Below, piece after piece: positions 9,065-20,500 of a stretch of 37,726 nucleotides of DNA; positions within the stretch are counted from its first letter, which is position 1; each line of letters begins with the position of its first letter. The notes beneath the pieces are model-generated. The model had not been told where the DNA came from and did not search any database. It worked only from the letters and a program-made list of their open reading frames with translations. Made by a program: the position numbers and the translations under genes. This DNA is from Burkholderiaceae bacterium (GTDB lineage: Bacteria; Pseudomonadota; Gammaproteobacteria; Burkholderiales; Burkholderiaceae_C). Location of the stretch: NCBI GenBank assembly GCA_036280035.1, contig DASURM010000171.1, positions 1-37,726 on the forward strand, given 5' to 3'.

Positions 9065-9093
9065 GAAGCCGGGGGCGATCCGCCCGCGGCTTC
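9065..9093. terminator. Hairpin between convergent genes (possible bidirectional terminator, no U-tract)
   Basis: GAAGCCG-GGGGCG-atc-CGCCCG-CGGCTTC forms a 12-bp stem with one mismatch. It overlaps the SpoVR stop codon by 2 nt. Confidence 0.3.
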
Positions 9094-10645
9094 AGTCGGC
9101 CTGTTCGGGCGCAGCCACCGACCAGGTTCCCGTCACCTCGTTGGCGGCATTGACGCTCTCGAGCTGCACGCCGAAACCCCACAGCCGCGCCACGTGCTTG
9201 AGCACCTCCTGGGCGCTGTCGGCCAGCGGCCGGTCGTTGTGCTGAAAGTGCCGCAGCGTCAGCGAGCGGTCGCCGCGCAGGTTGACGTTCCACACCTGGA
9301 TGTTGGGCTCGCGCGAGCCGAGGTCGTACTGGCGCGACAGTGCCTCGCGCACGCGCCGATAGCCGGTGTCGTCGTGGATCGCGGCGACCTCGAGCTCGCT
9401 TTCCTTCTCGTCGTCGACGATCGTGAACAGCCGGAACTCGCGCATCAACTTCGGGCTCAGGTACTGACCGATGAAGCTCTCATCCTTGTAGTTGCGCATC
9501 GCGTGGTCGAGCGTCGGCACCCAGTCGGCGCCGGCGATCTCGGGAAACCACTGGCGGTCTTCGTCGGTGGGCGCCTGGCAGATGCGCTTGAGATCGTTGT
9601 ACATCGCGAAGCCGAGCGCGTACGGGTTGATGCCGCTGTAGGCCGGGTGTCCGACCGGCGGCTGGTAGATCACGTTGGTGTGCGACTTCAACCACTCCAT
9701 CATCACGCCGTCGGTGAGGTAGCCGTCGTCGTACATTTGATTGAGGATGTGGTAGTGCCAGAACGTGGCCCAGCCTTCGTTCATCAGCTGGCTCTGGCGC
9801 TGCGGGTAGAAGTACTGCGCCACCTTGCGCACGATGCGCACGATCTCGCGTTGCCAGGGTTCGAGCAGGGGCGCGTTCTTCTCGATGAAGTACAGCAGGT
9901 TCTCCTGCGGCTCCTCGGGGAAACGGCGGCCCTCGGAGGCGTCGCCGCCCTTGCCCGCGCGCTTGGGCAACGTACGCCACAGGTCGTTGACCTGCCTTTG
10001 CGCATACGCCTCGCGCTCCTTGCGCTCGCGCAGCTCCTGCGCCAGCGATTTGCGGCTCGGCCGCCGGTAGCGATCGACGCCGTGGTTGGCCAGCGCGTGG
10101 CACGAGTCGAGGAACAGCTCGACCTCGTCGAGTCCGTGGCGCTCCTCGCACTCGGCCACGTAGTTCCTGGCGTAGACGAGGTAATCGATGATCGACGACG
10201 CGTCGGTCCACATGCGGAACAGGTAGTTGCCCTTGAAGAAGCTGTTGTGGCCGTAGGCGGCGTGCGCGATCACCAGCGCCTGCATCGCCATCGTGTTTTC
10301 CTCCATCAGGTAGCTGATGCAGGGGTTGGAGTTGATGACGATCTCGTAGGCCAGGCCCATGTGGCCGCGGCGGTAGTTCTTCTCGGTGGCAATGAACTCC
10401 TTGCCGTAGCTCCAATGGCGGTAGTTCACCGGCATGCCGACGCTGGCGTAGGCGTCCATCATCTGCTCGGCGGTGATGACCTCGAGCTGGTTCGGATAGG
10501 TGTCGAGGCCGAAGCGCTGCGCGGTGCGTTTGATGACCGCGTGGTACTGATCGATCAGCTCGAACGACCAATCGCTGGGGTCGGGCAAGTGCTCGGCGGC
10601 CCTGCTCGACGGCAACGGACCCCGCATCGGCCGGTCGGGGCTCAT
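9092..10645 (-). CDS. SpoVR-family protein (YcgB-like)
   Basis: Sequence YPNQLEVITAEQMMDAYASVGMPVNYRHWSYGKEF...GLAYEIVINSNPCISYLMEENT is typical of SpoVR/YcgB. ATG 10643-10645 overlaps the upstream stop (ATGA). The 800-aa ORF is a run-on into the upstream gene. Confidence 0.9.
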   Translation of the reverse strand: MSPDRPMRGPLPSSRAAEHLPDPSDWSFELIDQYHAVIKRTAQRFGLDTYPNQLEVITAEQMMDAYASVGMPVNYRHWSYGKEFIATEKNYRRGHMGLAYEIVINSNPCISYLMEENTMAMQALVIAHAAYGHNSFFKGNYLFRMWTDASSIIDYLVYARNYVAECEERHGLDEVELFLDSCHALANHGVDRYRRPSRKSLAQELRERKEREAYAQRQVNDLWRTLPKRAGKGGDASEGRRFPEEPQENLLYFIEKNAPLLEPWQREIVRIVRKVAQYFYPQRQSQLMNEGWATFWHYHILNQMYDDGYLTDGVMMEWLKSHTNVIYQPPVGHPAYSGINPYALGFAMYNDLKRICQAPTDEDRQWFPEIAGADWVPTLDHAMRNYKDESFIGQYLSPKLMREFRLFTIVDDEKESELEVAAIHDDTGYRRVREALSRQYDLGSREPNIQVWNVNLRGDRSLTLRHFQHNDRPLADSAQEVLKHVARLWGFGVQLESVNAANEVTGTWSVAAPEQAD

Positions 10646-11931
10646 GCTGCCGCTGCCGCACCCTCTTTCTTGAAGAGGTCGCGGAACACCGGGTAGATCT
10701 GCGCGGCCTCGGTGGCCTTGCGCATCGCGAAGTGGGCGTGATCCTCGCCCAGTTGCGAGTACTCCTCCCACAGGTTCTGCTCCTCCTCGGCCACCTGCAC
10801 ATACGCGAAGTAGCGCACCAGCGGCAACAGCTTGTCGGCGAGCAATTCGCGACAGCGGCCCGAGTCGTGATGCCAGTTGTCGCCGTCGCTGGCCTGCGCG
10901 CCGTAGATGTTCCACTCGCCGGGCGAATAGCGCGCGCGGATGATCTCTTCCATCAGCACCAGTGCGCTCGACACCACGGTGCCGCCGGTTTCGCGGGCAT
11001 GGAAGAAGTTCTCCTCGTCGACTTCCTGCGCCTGCGTGTGGTGCCGGATGAAGACGAGTTCGATCTTGTCGTAGTGCCGAGTCAGGAACAAATACAGCAG
11101 GATGAAGAAGCGCTTGGCCAGGTCCTTGCGGGCCTCGTCCATCGAGCCCGACACGTCCATCAGGCAGAACATCACCGCCTTCGTGGTGGGCACCGGCACC
11201 TTGATGCGATTGCGGAACCGCAGATCGATCGGGTCGAGGTACGGAATGCGCTCGAGGCGCGCTCGCAGCATCTCGATCTGCTCTTCCAGCTCGTGGATCT
11301 CGCGCTCCTTGACCGCGTCGCTGCGGTCGCGTTGGCGCTTGAGCAGCGCCAGTTGCTCCTCGAGTTCGCGCAGTTCCTTGCGCCAGGTGGATCCGATCGC
11401 GATGCGTCGGCCGATCGCGCCGCGCATCGAGCGCACCACGTGCAGGTTGGTGGGCGTGCCGTCGGCGGTGAAGCCCGCTCGCTGGCTCTTCCACTCGGGT
11501 GTCTCGGCCAGTTGAGTGCGGATCAGGTGAGGCAGTGCCAGGTCTTCGAAGAAGACCTGCATGAACTCTTCCTTGCTGAGCGCGAAGGTGAAGTCGTCTT
11601 CGCCTTCGCCGGAGTCGCTGGCCTGGCCCTTGCCAGAGCCGCCGCCGGCGCCGCCCTTGGGCCGCTCGATGCGGTCGCCGCGCACGTAGTCCTTGTTGCC
11701 CGGGTGCACGACCTCGCGTACGCCGCCCTGGCCGTGGTGGAACACCGGCTCGGAGACGTCCTTCTTCGGGATTCGCACCTCTTCGCCGCGCTCGATGTCG
11801 CGGATGCCTCGCCCGTCGACCGCGCGCTTGACCGCCTCGCGGATCTGGTCCTTGTAGCGACGCAGGAACCGCTCGCGATTGCCGATCGACTTGTTCTTGC
11901 CGGCCAGCCTGCGGTCGATGATCTGGAGCAT
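10642..11931 (-). CDS. YeaH/YhbH-family protein (DUF444, UPF0229)
   Basis: The N-terminus MLQIIDRRLAGKNKSIGNRERFLRRYK and a vWA-like C-terminal part (VMFCLMDVSGSM) fit the family. It sits between PrkA and SpoVR genes, as in the conserved triad. Confidence 0.9.
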   Translation of the reverse strand: MLQIIDRRLAGKNKSIGNRERFLRRYKDQIREAVKRAVDGRGIRDIERGEEVRIPKKDVSEPVFHHGQGGVREVVHPGNKDYVRGDRIERPKGGAGGGSGKGQASDSGEGEDDFTFALSKEEFMQVFFEDLALPHLIRTQLAETPEWKSQRAGFTADGTPTNLHVVRSMRGAIGRRIAIGSTWRKELRELEEQLALLKRQRDRSDAVKEREIHELEEQIEMLRARLERIPYLDPIDLRFRNRIKVPVPTTKAVMFCLMDVSGSMDEARKDLAKRFFILLYLFLTRHYDKIELVFIRHHTQAQEVDEENFFHARETGGTVVSSALVLMEEIIRARYSPGEWNIYGAQASDGDNWHHDSGRCRELLADKLLPLVRYFAYVQVAEEEQNLWEEYSQLGEDHAHFAMRKATEAAQIYPVFRDLFKKEGAAAAA

Positions 11932-11958
11932 TCGGCGACCCTCGTCAGCGTCCTTTCG

Positions 11959-13881
11959 TCAGCTGCTCTTGCGCACGCGCAGATACCACTCGCACAGCAG
12001 GCGCACCTGCTTGCCGGTGTAGCCCTTGTCGATCATGCGGTTGACGAAGTCCTCGTGCTTCTTGGCCTCGTCGGCGCTGGCCTTGGCGTTGAAGCTGATC
12101 ACCGGCAGCAGTTCCTCCGTATTGGAGAACATCTTCTTCTCGATCACCGCGCGCAGCTTCTCGTAGCTCGTCCACACCGGGTTCTTGCCCTGGTTGTTGG
12201 CGCGCGCGCGCAGCACGAAGTTGACGATCTCGTTGCGGAAGTCCTTCGGATTGGCGATGCCGGCGGGCTTCTCGATCTTCTCCAACTCGGCGTTCAACGC
12301 GGCTCGGTCGAACACCTCGCCGGTGTCGGTGTCGCGGAACTCCTGGTCCTGGATCCAGTAATCGGCGTAGGTGACGTAGCGGTCGAAGATGTTCTGGCCG
12401 TACTCGCTGTAGCTCTCCAGGTAGGCGGTCTGGATCTCCTTGCCGATGAACTCGGCATAGCGCGGCGCCAGCTGCTCCTTGATGAAGCCGACGTACTTCT
12501 GCTCCATCTCCTGCGGAAACTGCTCGCGCTCGATCTGCTGCTCGAGCACGTACATCAGGTGCACCGGATTGGCCGCCACCTCCTGGCTGTCGAAGTTGAA
12601 GACCTTGGAGATGATCTTGTAGGCAAAGCGCGTCGAGATGCCGCTCATGCCTTCGTCGACACCGGCGTAGTCGCGGTACTCCTGGTAGCTCTTGGCGCGC
12701 GGGTCGGTGTCTTTCAGGTTCTCGCCGTCGTAGACCTGCATCTTGGAGAACAGCGACGAGTTCTCGGGCTCCTTCAACCGCGTCAGGATCGCGAACTGGC
12801 TCATCATCTTCAACGTGCCCGGGGCGCACTTGGCCTCGGCCAGCGACGAGTTGCGGATCAGCTTCTCGTAGATCTTGGTTTCTTCGGAGACGCGCAGGCA
12901 GTACGGCACCTTGACGATGTAGACGCGGTCGAGGAAGGCCTCGTTGTTCTTGTTGTTGCGGAAGCTCTTCCACTCGCTCTCGTTGCTATGCGCGAGGATG
13001 ATGCCGTCGAACGGGATGGCGCCGAAACCTTCGGTGCCCTTGAAGTTGCCCTCCTGCGTGGCCGTCAGCAGCGGGTGCAGCACCTTGATCGGCGCCTTGA
13101 ACATCTCGACGAACTCGAGCAGCCCCTGGTTGGCCAGGCACAGACCCCCGGCATAGCTGTAGGCGTCGGGGTCGTCCTGCGCGTAGGTCTCGAGCTTGCG
13201 GATGTCGACCTTCCCCACCAGCGAGGAGATGTCCTGGTTGTTCTCGTCGCCGGGCTCGGTCTTGCAGACGGCGATCTGCTTGAGCACCGACGGGTACCGC
13301 TTGACGACCCGAAACTTGCGGATGTCGCCGCCGTACTCCTCGAGCCGCTTGACCGCCCACGGCGACATCACCCGGTTGAGGTAGCGGCTCGGGATGCCGT
13401 ACTCCTTTTCCAGGATCGGGCCGTCCTCGGTGAAGTCGAACAGCCCGAGCGGCGACTCGTTCACCGGCGAGCCCTTGATCGCGTAGAAAGGCACGTGCTC
13501 CATCAACTGCTTCAGGCGTTCGGCGATCGAACTCTTGCCGCCACCGACCGGACCCAGCAGGTACAGCACCTGCTTCTTCTCCTCCAGGCCCTGCGCGGCG
13601 TGCCGGAAGTACGACACCACCTGCTCGATCGAGTCCTCCATGCCGTAGAACTCGGCGAAGGCGGGGTAGATCTTGATGACCTTGTTGGCGAAGATGCGCG
13701 AAAGGCGTGGGTCGTTGCGCGTGTCGACCATTTGCGGCTCGCCGATGGCCTTGAGCATGCGCTCGGCCGCAGTGGCATAGGCCAGCGGGTTGCGCTTGCA
13801 TTCAGCCAGGTATTCTTCGAGCGAGAGTTCCTCTTCTCGCGTGCGCTCGAAGCGGGCTGCAAAGTTGCTGATCACGTCCAT
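11959..13881 (-). CDS. PrkA-family serine protein kinase (YeaG-like)
   Basis: Walker A LLGPVGGGKSS and overall PrkA/YeaG architecture. The start at ATG 13879-13881 (MDVISNFAARF) is preceded by AAGGAGG. The 18-codon upstream extension lacks an SD. Confidence 0.9.
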   Translation of the reverse strand: MDVISNFAARFERTREEELSLEEYLAECKRNPLAYATAAERMLKAIGEPQMVDTRNDPRLSRIFANKVIKIYPAFAEFYGMEDSIEQVVSYFRHAAQGLEEKKQVLYLLGPVGGGKSSIAERLKQLMEHVPFYAIKGSPVNESPLGLFDFTEDGPILEKEYGIPSRYLNRVMSPWAVKRLEEYGGDIRKFRVVKRYPSVLKQIAVCKTEPGDENNQDISSLVGKVDIRKLETYAQDDPDAYSYAGGLCLANQGLLEFVEMFKAPIKVLHPLLTATQEGNFKGTEGFGAIPFDGIILAHSNESEWKSFRNNKNNEAFLDRVYIVKVPYCLRVSEETKIYEKLIRNSSLAEAKCAPGTLKMMSQFAILTRLKEPENSSLFSKMQVYDGENLKDTDPRAKSYQEYRDYAGVDEGMSGISTRFAYKIISKVFNFDSQEVAANPVHLMYVLEQQIEREQFPQEMEQKYVGFIKEQLAPRYAEFIGKEIQTAYLESYSEYGQNIFDRYVTYADYWIQDQEFRDTDTGEVFDRAALNAELEKIEKPAGIANPKDFRNEIVNFVLRARANNQGKNPVWTSYEKLRAVIEKKMFSNTEELLPVISFNAKASADEAKKHEDFVNRMIDKGYTGKQVRLLCEWYLRVRKSS

Positions 13882-14327
13882 GCGGACCTCCTTCATCGGA
13901 CGGATGCCCCGACACAACCTTGGTGCCGTCGACATCTGGGAAGTTCTGATGAAGTCCCGGCTGTACGGGCCCAGGCTCCATCAGAGCTTTCCGGTCTGCA
14001 ACGCTCGAGACCTCAGCCCCTCGCGTGTCTCAGCATAGCGATCCTGCTCGACCCGACGCCTCGAGTAAAGCCCGCACTTGTGCCCTGTTCGATTCGTACG
14101 TCATTCAGCGGTCATCGCGGCGTCGATCGGATGGTAGTGTCTTCAACGCAAGTGTGCGACCTACGGCTGACCCGACCGACTTCGTTGTGGGGCCCACTAT
14201 GCGCCGACTGCGCGGATGCTCAGAGGCGGGGCTCGTGGTCATCCTCTTGCAGAGGCATGAGCCGTGATGTAGCGCACGCGAGGTGTTGTAGCTGGCTCGA
14301 CAGGGCCCGGGGCAGAGGCCACCTCGT

Positions 14328-15221
14328 TCAGCCTTCGATCACTCCGAGCTTGTCGAGCAATCCCTCCAGTTCGTCCAACGACCCGAACGCAATGGCGATC
14401 TCGCCACGGCCACCTGCGCCACGACGCTTGAGGCGGATCTGCACCAGGGCGGTCAGACGATCGGCCAACTGCTCCTCGATCCGCAGGATGTCGCGCGACT
14501 TCTCGGCAGCTTGCGCCGACCTCCCGTTCGCGGCAGCGCGCCCATCGGATCGACGGGCGACCAGGCGCTCGGTTTCGCGCACCGAAAGGTGTTTGGCGAC
14601 GATTTCATTGGCGCACAGGATCTGCTCGGCCGCCGGCAAGGCCAGCAGCGCGCGCGCGTGACCCATTTCGAGGTCGCCAGCCATCAGCAGCTTCTGCACG
14701 GGCCCGGCCAGGTTGAGCAAGCGCATCAGGTTGCTGGCCGCGCTGCGCGAGCGCCCTACCGCCTGGGCGGCCTGGTCGTGGGTGAGCCGGAACTCGTCGA
14801 TCAGGCGCTGCAGGCCCTGTGCCTCTTCGAGCGGATTGAGATCCTCGCGCTGAATGTTCTCCACCAGCGACATCACGGCAGCGGCTTCGTCTGGCACATC
14901 GCGCACCAGCACCGGCACGTCGTCCAGGCCGGCAAGCCTCGCGGCACGCACGCGCCGCTCGCCGGCGATGATTTCGTAGCTACCCACGCCCAGCGGCCGC
15001 ACCAGCACCGGCTGCATCAGGCCCTGGCTCTTGATGCTCTGCGCCAGCTCCATGAGCGAGCCCTCGTCCATGCGCGTGCGCGGCTGATAGCGGCCCGGCT
15101 TGAGCTGGCTGAGCCGCAAGCTGCTCGGTTGCTGAGCCATCGCGGCCGGCGCCTCGGTCACCTTGGGACCCAACAGCGCCTCGAGCCCCATGCCCAGTCC
15201 CTTTGGTCTCTTGGTCACCAT
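14328..15221 (-). CDS. parB: Chromosome partitioning protein ParB
   Basis: Motifs KGLGMGLEALLG, the ParB box IIAGERRVRAARLAGL, and an HTH region. Confidence 0.9.
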   Translation of the reverse strand: MVTKRPKGLGMGLEALLGPKVTEAPAAMAQQPSSLRLSQLKPGRYQPRTRMDEGSLMELAQSIKSQGLMQPVLVRPLGVGSYEIIAGERRVRAARLAGLDDVPVLVRDVPDEAAAVMSLVENIQREDLNPLEEAQGLQRLIDEFRLTHDQAAQAVGRSRSAASNLMRLLNLAGPVQKLLMAGDLEMGHARALLALPAAEQILCANEIVAKHLSVRETERLVARRSDGRAAANGRSAQAAEKSRDILRIEEQLADRLTALVQIRLKRRGAGGRGEIAIAFGSLDELEGLLDKLGVIEG

Positions 15222-15316
15222 GGTGGGTCATTGTCGGCCATCGTGGACCGTGACGGCTCCAGGCAGCGGCGATTGACGATATCCTGTTGCACCGCAAACG
15301 CACCGCGGGTTCCAAG

Positions 15317-16264
15317 ATGAGCTACACCGTATACGTCGATGGCCAGGAAGGCACCACCGGTCTGCAGATCAACGAGTTGCTGGCACGCCGTCGCGACATC
15401 GAGGTACTGCGCATCGCCGGCGACCTGCGCAAGGACGACGCCGAGCGAGCCCGGCTGTTGAACGCGGCGGATGTGGTGTTCCTCTGCCTGCCCGATCAGG
15501 CCGCGCGCGAGGCAGCCAGTTGGGTGACCAACCCCCGCACGTGCGTCATCGACGCGAGCACGGCGCACCGCGTCGATCCGGGCTGGGTGTTCGGCCTGCC
15601 GGAGCTCGAGCGTGAGCAGCGCGATCGCTTGCGCCAACACAAGCGAATCAGCAATCCGGGCTGCCATGCCACCGCGTTCATCCTGCTGATTCGCCCGTTG
15701 GTCGATGCCGGGGTTATCGATGCCGACGCGGCGTTGTCTGCTACCTCGATCACTGGCTACTCGGGCGGCGGCCGCAAACTGATCGAGCAATACGAGACCA
15801 GGCCGCTGCCGCAACGCCTACAGTCACCGCGGCCCTATGGCTTGGCCCTCGGGCACAAGCATGTGCCGGAGATGACGCGTTGGGCCGGGTTGCAGACTCG
15901 CCCCGTGTTCATGCCCATCGTTGCCAATTTCTACAAGGGCTTGGCTGTAAGTGTGCCCTTGCATTTATCAGCATTGACCAGCGGCACCGATGCACGTCGC
16001 CTACACGATGCGCTGGGCGAACGCTATGCCGACGAGCGGTTCGTCAAGACGATGCCGCTTTCGGACGTGGCCGCGCTCGATGCCGGCTACTTCGATGTCC
16101 AGGCCTGCAATGACACCAACCGCTGCGAGGTCTTCGTGTTCGGCGGCGCCGACCAGGCGATTCTGATCGCGCGGTTGGACAACCTCGGCAAGGGGGCGAG
16201 CGGTGCCGCGGTGCAGTCGATGAACCTGCACCTGGGACTCGATGAGGGGTTGGGGCTCGTCTAG
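15317..16264 (+). CDS. argC: N-acetyl-gamma-glutamyl-phosphate reductase, short (type 2) form
   Basis: MSYTVYVDGQEGTTGL N-terminus and catalytic ISNPGCHATA. The start is taken at ATG 15317. Confidence 0.9.
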   Translation: MSYTVYVDGQEGTTGLQINELLARRRDIEVLRIAGDLRKDDAERARLLNAADVVFLCLPDQAAREAASWVTNPRTCVIDASTAHRVDPGWVFGLPELEREQRDRLRQHKRISNPGCHATAFILLIRPLVDAGVIDADAALSATSITGYSGGGRKLIEQYETRPLPQRLQSPRPYGLALGHKHVPEMTRWAGLQTRPVFMPIVANFYKGLAVSVPLHLSALTSGTDARRLHDALGERYADERFVKTMPLSDVAALDAGYFDVQACNDTNRCEVFVFGGADQAILIARLDNLGKGASGAAVQSMNLHLGLDEGLGLV

Positions 16265-17043
16265 TCGGTCAGTTCGGCCGCGGTTCGGTAGTGATACGAG
16301 TAGCCGTCGGCGAAACCCAGCCGCCAGTACACCGCCCGCGCCGGGTGGTTTGACGCATCGACCTGGAGATAGCCGATGCGGGCTCCGCGCTGCCGGGCGC
16401 GATCGAGCAACAGCGCGCAGAGCTTGCGCGCCCAGCCCTGGTTGCGGGATTGACTGGTCGTGAACACGTCGTACAGCCCGACCATGTCGGCCTCGGTGGC
16501 AGTCTGTCCGCACGCCAATGGCGTACTCTGACCATCGCGACGCAACGCCCAGCCTTCGAACGGCACCGGCGACAACTCGAGCCGCTGCGCGTGTGCTTGC
16601 TGCTGCGACAGCGGCGACCCTCGCAGTTGCCCCACCGTCTGTGCGAAGGCTGCATTTCCGAGGCGCTGCAGGCTCACCCCGGTCGGCAGCGGCTCGGCTG
16701 CAATCGTCCCCAGGTCGCCGTTGACCATGACGCGCGTATCGTCGAATGCCCGCAGCCCTTGCGACTCGAGCCATGCGTCGAGTTTCTGCGGCTGCGACAG
16801 GGGCGTCAGGCGCACGATGAGCGGCAGCTGCGCCTGATCGAAAACCTGCTGACACAACGCCAGCTTCTCCGGCAGCGCCAGGCGCCCTTGGGATACCGCG
16901 TTGACACAGCGCGCCCGCTTTGCCTTACCTGGCGAGAACCGCACCAGCCAGCCGTCGATCCAGCGCTGCTGCGGAGGCGCGCTGGCATTCAGGCCCGCGT
17001 CTTCCACGCGAGACAGGAGCGCCGTGGAAACGAGGGACCGCAT
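16261..17043 (-). CDS. GNAT-family N-acetyltransferase (two-domain type)
   Basis: C-terminal GNAT core VFTTSQSRNQGWARKLCALLLDRARQRGARIGYLQVDASNHPARAVYWRLGF. ATG 17041-17043 overlaps the parA stop (TGATG). The upstream 120 codons of the ORF are antisense noise. Confidence 0.7.
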   Translation of the reverse strand: MRSLVSTALLSRVEDAGLNASAPPQQRWIDGWLVRFSPGKAKRARCVNAVSQGRLALPEKLALCQQVFDQAQLPLIVRLTPLSQPQKLDAWLESQGLRAFDDTRVMVNGDLGTIAAEPLPTGVSLQRLGNAAFAQTVGQLRGSPLSQQQAHAQRLELSPVPFEGWALRRDGQSTPLACGQTATEADMVGLYDVFTTSQSRNQGWARKLCALLLDRARQRGARIGYLQVDASNHPARAVYWRLGFADGYSYHYRTAAELTD

Positions 17044-17852
17044 CAGGCGAGCTGCTCGACGCGCGCGACCATTTCGCGAGCGAACTCGAGGTAGGCCTGG
17101 GCGCCCTTCGACGCGGGGTCGAACACCACCCCCGGCTGGCCGTAGCTCGGCGCCTCGGCCAGGCGAACATTGCGCGGAATCACGGCGTCGAACACCTTGT
17201 CGCCGAAGTGGCCCTTCAACTGCTCGCTGACCTGCTGCTGCAGGGTGATGCGCGGGTCGAACATGACACGCAGCAGGCCGATGATCTGAAGTTCCGGGTT
17301 GAGGTTGGCATGCACTTGGCGGATCGTGTTCACCAGGTCGGTCAGCCCTTCGAGGGCGAAGTATTCGCATTGCATGGGCACGATCACGCCGTGCGCGCTG
17401 CACAGGCCGTTCAGCGTGAGCAGACTGAGGCTGGGTGGGCAGTCGACGACCACGATGTCGTATTCGCTGGCCACGGCCTCCAGTGCCCGGCGCAGGCGTT
17501 GGTCACGCCTTTCCAGCCCGACCAACTCGACTTCGGCTCCCGCCAACTCCCTGTTGGCGCCGAGAACGTCGTAACCGCCCACTTCGGAACGCTGGCGCGC
17601 CTCGGTGATCGTTGCCGTCTCGAGCAGAACATCGTAGACGGAGAGGCTCAGCGAGCGCTTGTCGACGCCCGACCCCATAGTGGCGTTGCCCTGAGGGTCC
17701 AAATCGACCAGCAGCACACGCTGCCCGACCTGGGCCAACCCGGCAGCCAGATTAACCGTCGTCGTGGTCTTGCCGACACCGCCCTTCTGATTCGCGATGC
17801 AAAAGACCCGGGACCGCTGCATCTGCGGCGGATCCGATAGATCTGCGGTCAT
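17043..17852 (-). CDS. parA: Chromosome partitioning ATPase ParA/Soj
   Basis: Deviant Walker A CIANQKGGVGKTTTTVNLA and DLDPQGNAT. The ATG overlaps the rsmG stop (ATGA). Confidence 0.9.
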   Translation of the reverse strand: MTADLSDPPQMQRSRVFCIANQKGGVGKTTTTVNLAAGLAQVGQRVLLVDLDPQGNATMGSGVDKRSLSLSVYDVLLETATITEARQRSEVGGYDVLGANRELAGAEVELVGLERRDQRLRRALEAVASEYDIVVVDCPPSLSLLTLNGLCSAHGVIVPMQCEYFALEGLTDLVNTIRQVHANLNPELQIIGLLRVMFDPRITLQQQVSEQLKGHFGDKVFDAVIPRNVRLAEAPSYGQPGVVFDPASKGAQAYLEFAREMVARVEQLA

Positions 17853-18523
17853 GGCGTTGTCCTACGCATCCAGATCAGGTTTCGTTCGGCATTCAACTCC
17901 GGAACCGTGACAGGTTCCACGTGAAACACCTCCACGCCCTTGTTCAATCGGGCGAACTCGTCTGACGGCGCTCGGCCCTTCATCGCGACCCACACCCCGT
18001 TCTGCACAAGGAGCCGCCCGGTCGACGCGATCAGCTTGTCGAGCGATGCGAACGCGCGCGACACCACCACATCGAATCCTTCGACCGGTTGCAGATGTTC
18101 GAGTCTGTCGTGGTGGGCGGTGAGGTTGGCGATTCCGGCCTCAGCAGCTGCCTGGCGGACGAAAGCCACCTTCTTTGCCACTGCATCGACGGCAGCGATC
18201 GCCCAGTCGGGTCGAAGCGCCGCGACCACGACGGCCGGAAACCCCGATCCCGATCCGGCATCGAGTACCCGCAACGATCTCCCCTTCGCGTGACGAGTCA
18301 AAGGCCCCACGAGAGTCATGCTGTCGAAGACATGTTGGACCATGTAATGCGAGAGGGTAGCTTGCGCACTCAGGTTATGAACTCGGTTCCAGCGGTCGAG
18401 ACAGGCTAGGTAGGCGAGCAACCGGAAGGCCTGCTCATCATCGATTGCGAGGCCCAACTGATGCGCACCGCTGACCAGTCGCTGCAAGAGCTCCGGCTCC
18501 GACCTCGAGCCTGCGCGAGGCAT
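17849..18523 (-). CDS. rsmG: 16S rRNA (guanine527-N7)-methyltransferase RsmG (GidB)
   Basis: SAM-binding motif VLDAGSGSGFPAVVVA, positioned downstream of mnmG. Confidence 0.9.
   Translation of the reverse strand: MPRAGSRSEPELLQRLVSGAHQLGLAIDDEQAFRLLAYLACLDRWNRVHNLSAQATLSHYMVQHVFDSMTLVGPLTRHAKGRSLRVLDAGSGSGFPAVVVAALRPDWAIAAVDAVAKKVAFVRQAAAEAGIANLTAHHDRLEHLQPVEGFDVVVSRAFASLDKLIASTGRLLVQNGVWVAMKGRAPSDEFARLNKGVEVFHVEPVTVPELNAERNLIWMRRTTP
17913..17928. other. parS centromere-like site
   Basis: GGTTCCACGTGAAACA matches the parS consensus TGTTNCACGTGAAACA at 15 of 16 positions. It lies inside the 3' end of rsmG. Confidence 0.8.
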
Positions 18524-18529
18524 TCTTCT

Positions 18530-20500
<1,971 letters not shown>

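Noticed and set aside
14087-14095. T-loop-like GTTCGATTC suggesting a tRNA in the prkA upstream region
   Set aside because: There are no flanking complementary T-stem, acceptor stem or anticodon arm, so this is not a tRNA.
14148-14162. Sigma-54-like promoter on the minus strand upstream of prkA (AGGTCGCACACTTGCG, GG-N10-GC spacing)
   Set aside because: Only the GG and TTGC elements match and the TGGCAC core is not conserved. It would imply a leader of about 270 nt. This is too weak to call without a TSS.
14025-14267. An 80-aa ORF on the plus strand in the prkA/parB spacer
   Set aside because: It has no RBS, poor third-position GC bias and no recognisable motif, so it is probably non-coding.
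10732-14661. Very long ORFs such as 10732-14661 (+, 1309 aa), 19181-22930 (+, 1249 aa), 32622-35657 (+, 1011 aa), 3510-5189 (-) and 20038-22661-type frames
   Set aside because: They run antisense or out of frame to genes with clear family signatures. They have Arg/Ala/Pro/Gly/His-rich low-complexity composition and no recognisable motifs. These are typical stop-poor shadow frames of GC-rich DNA.
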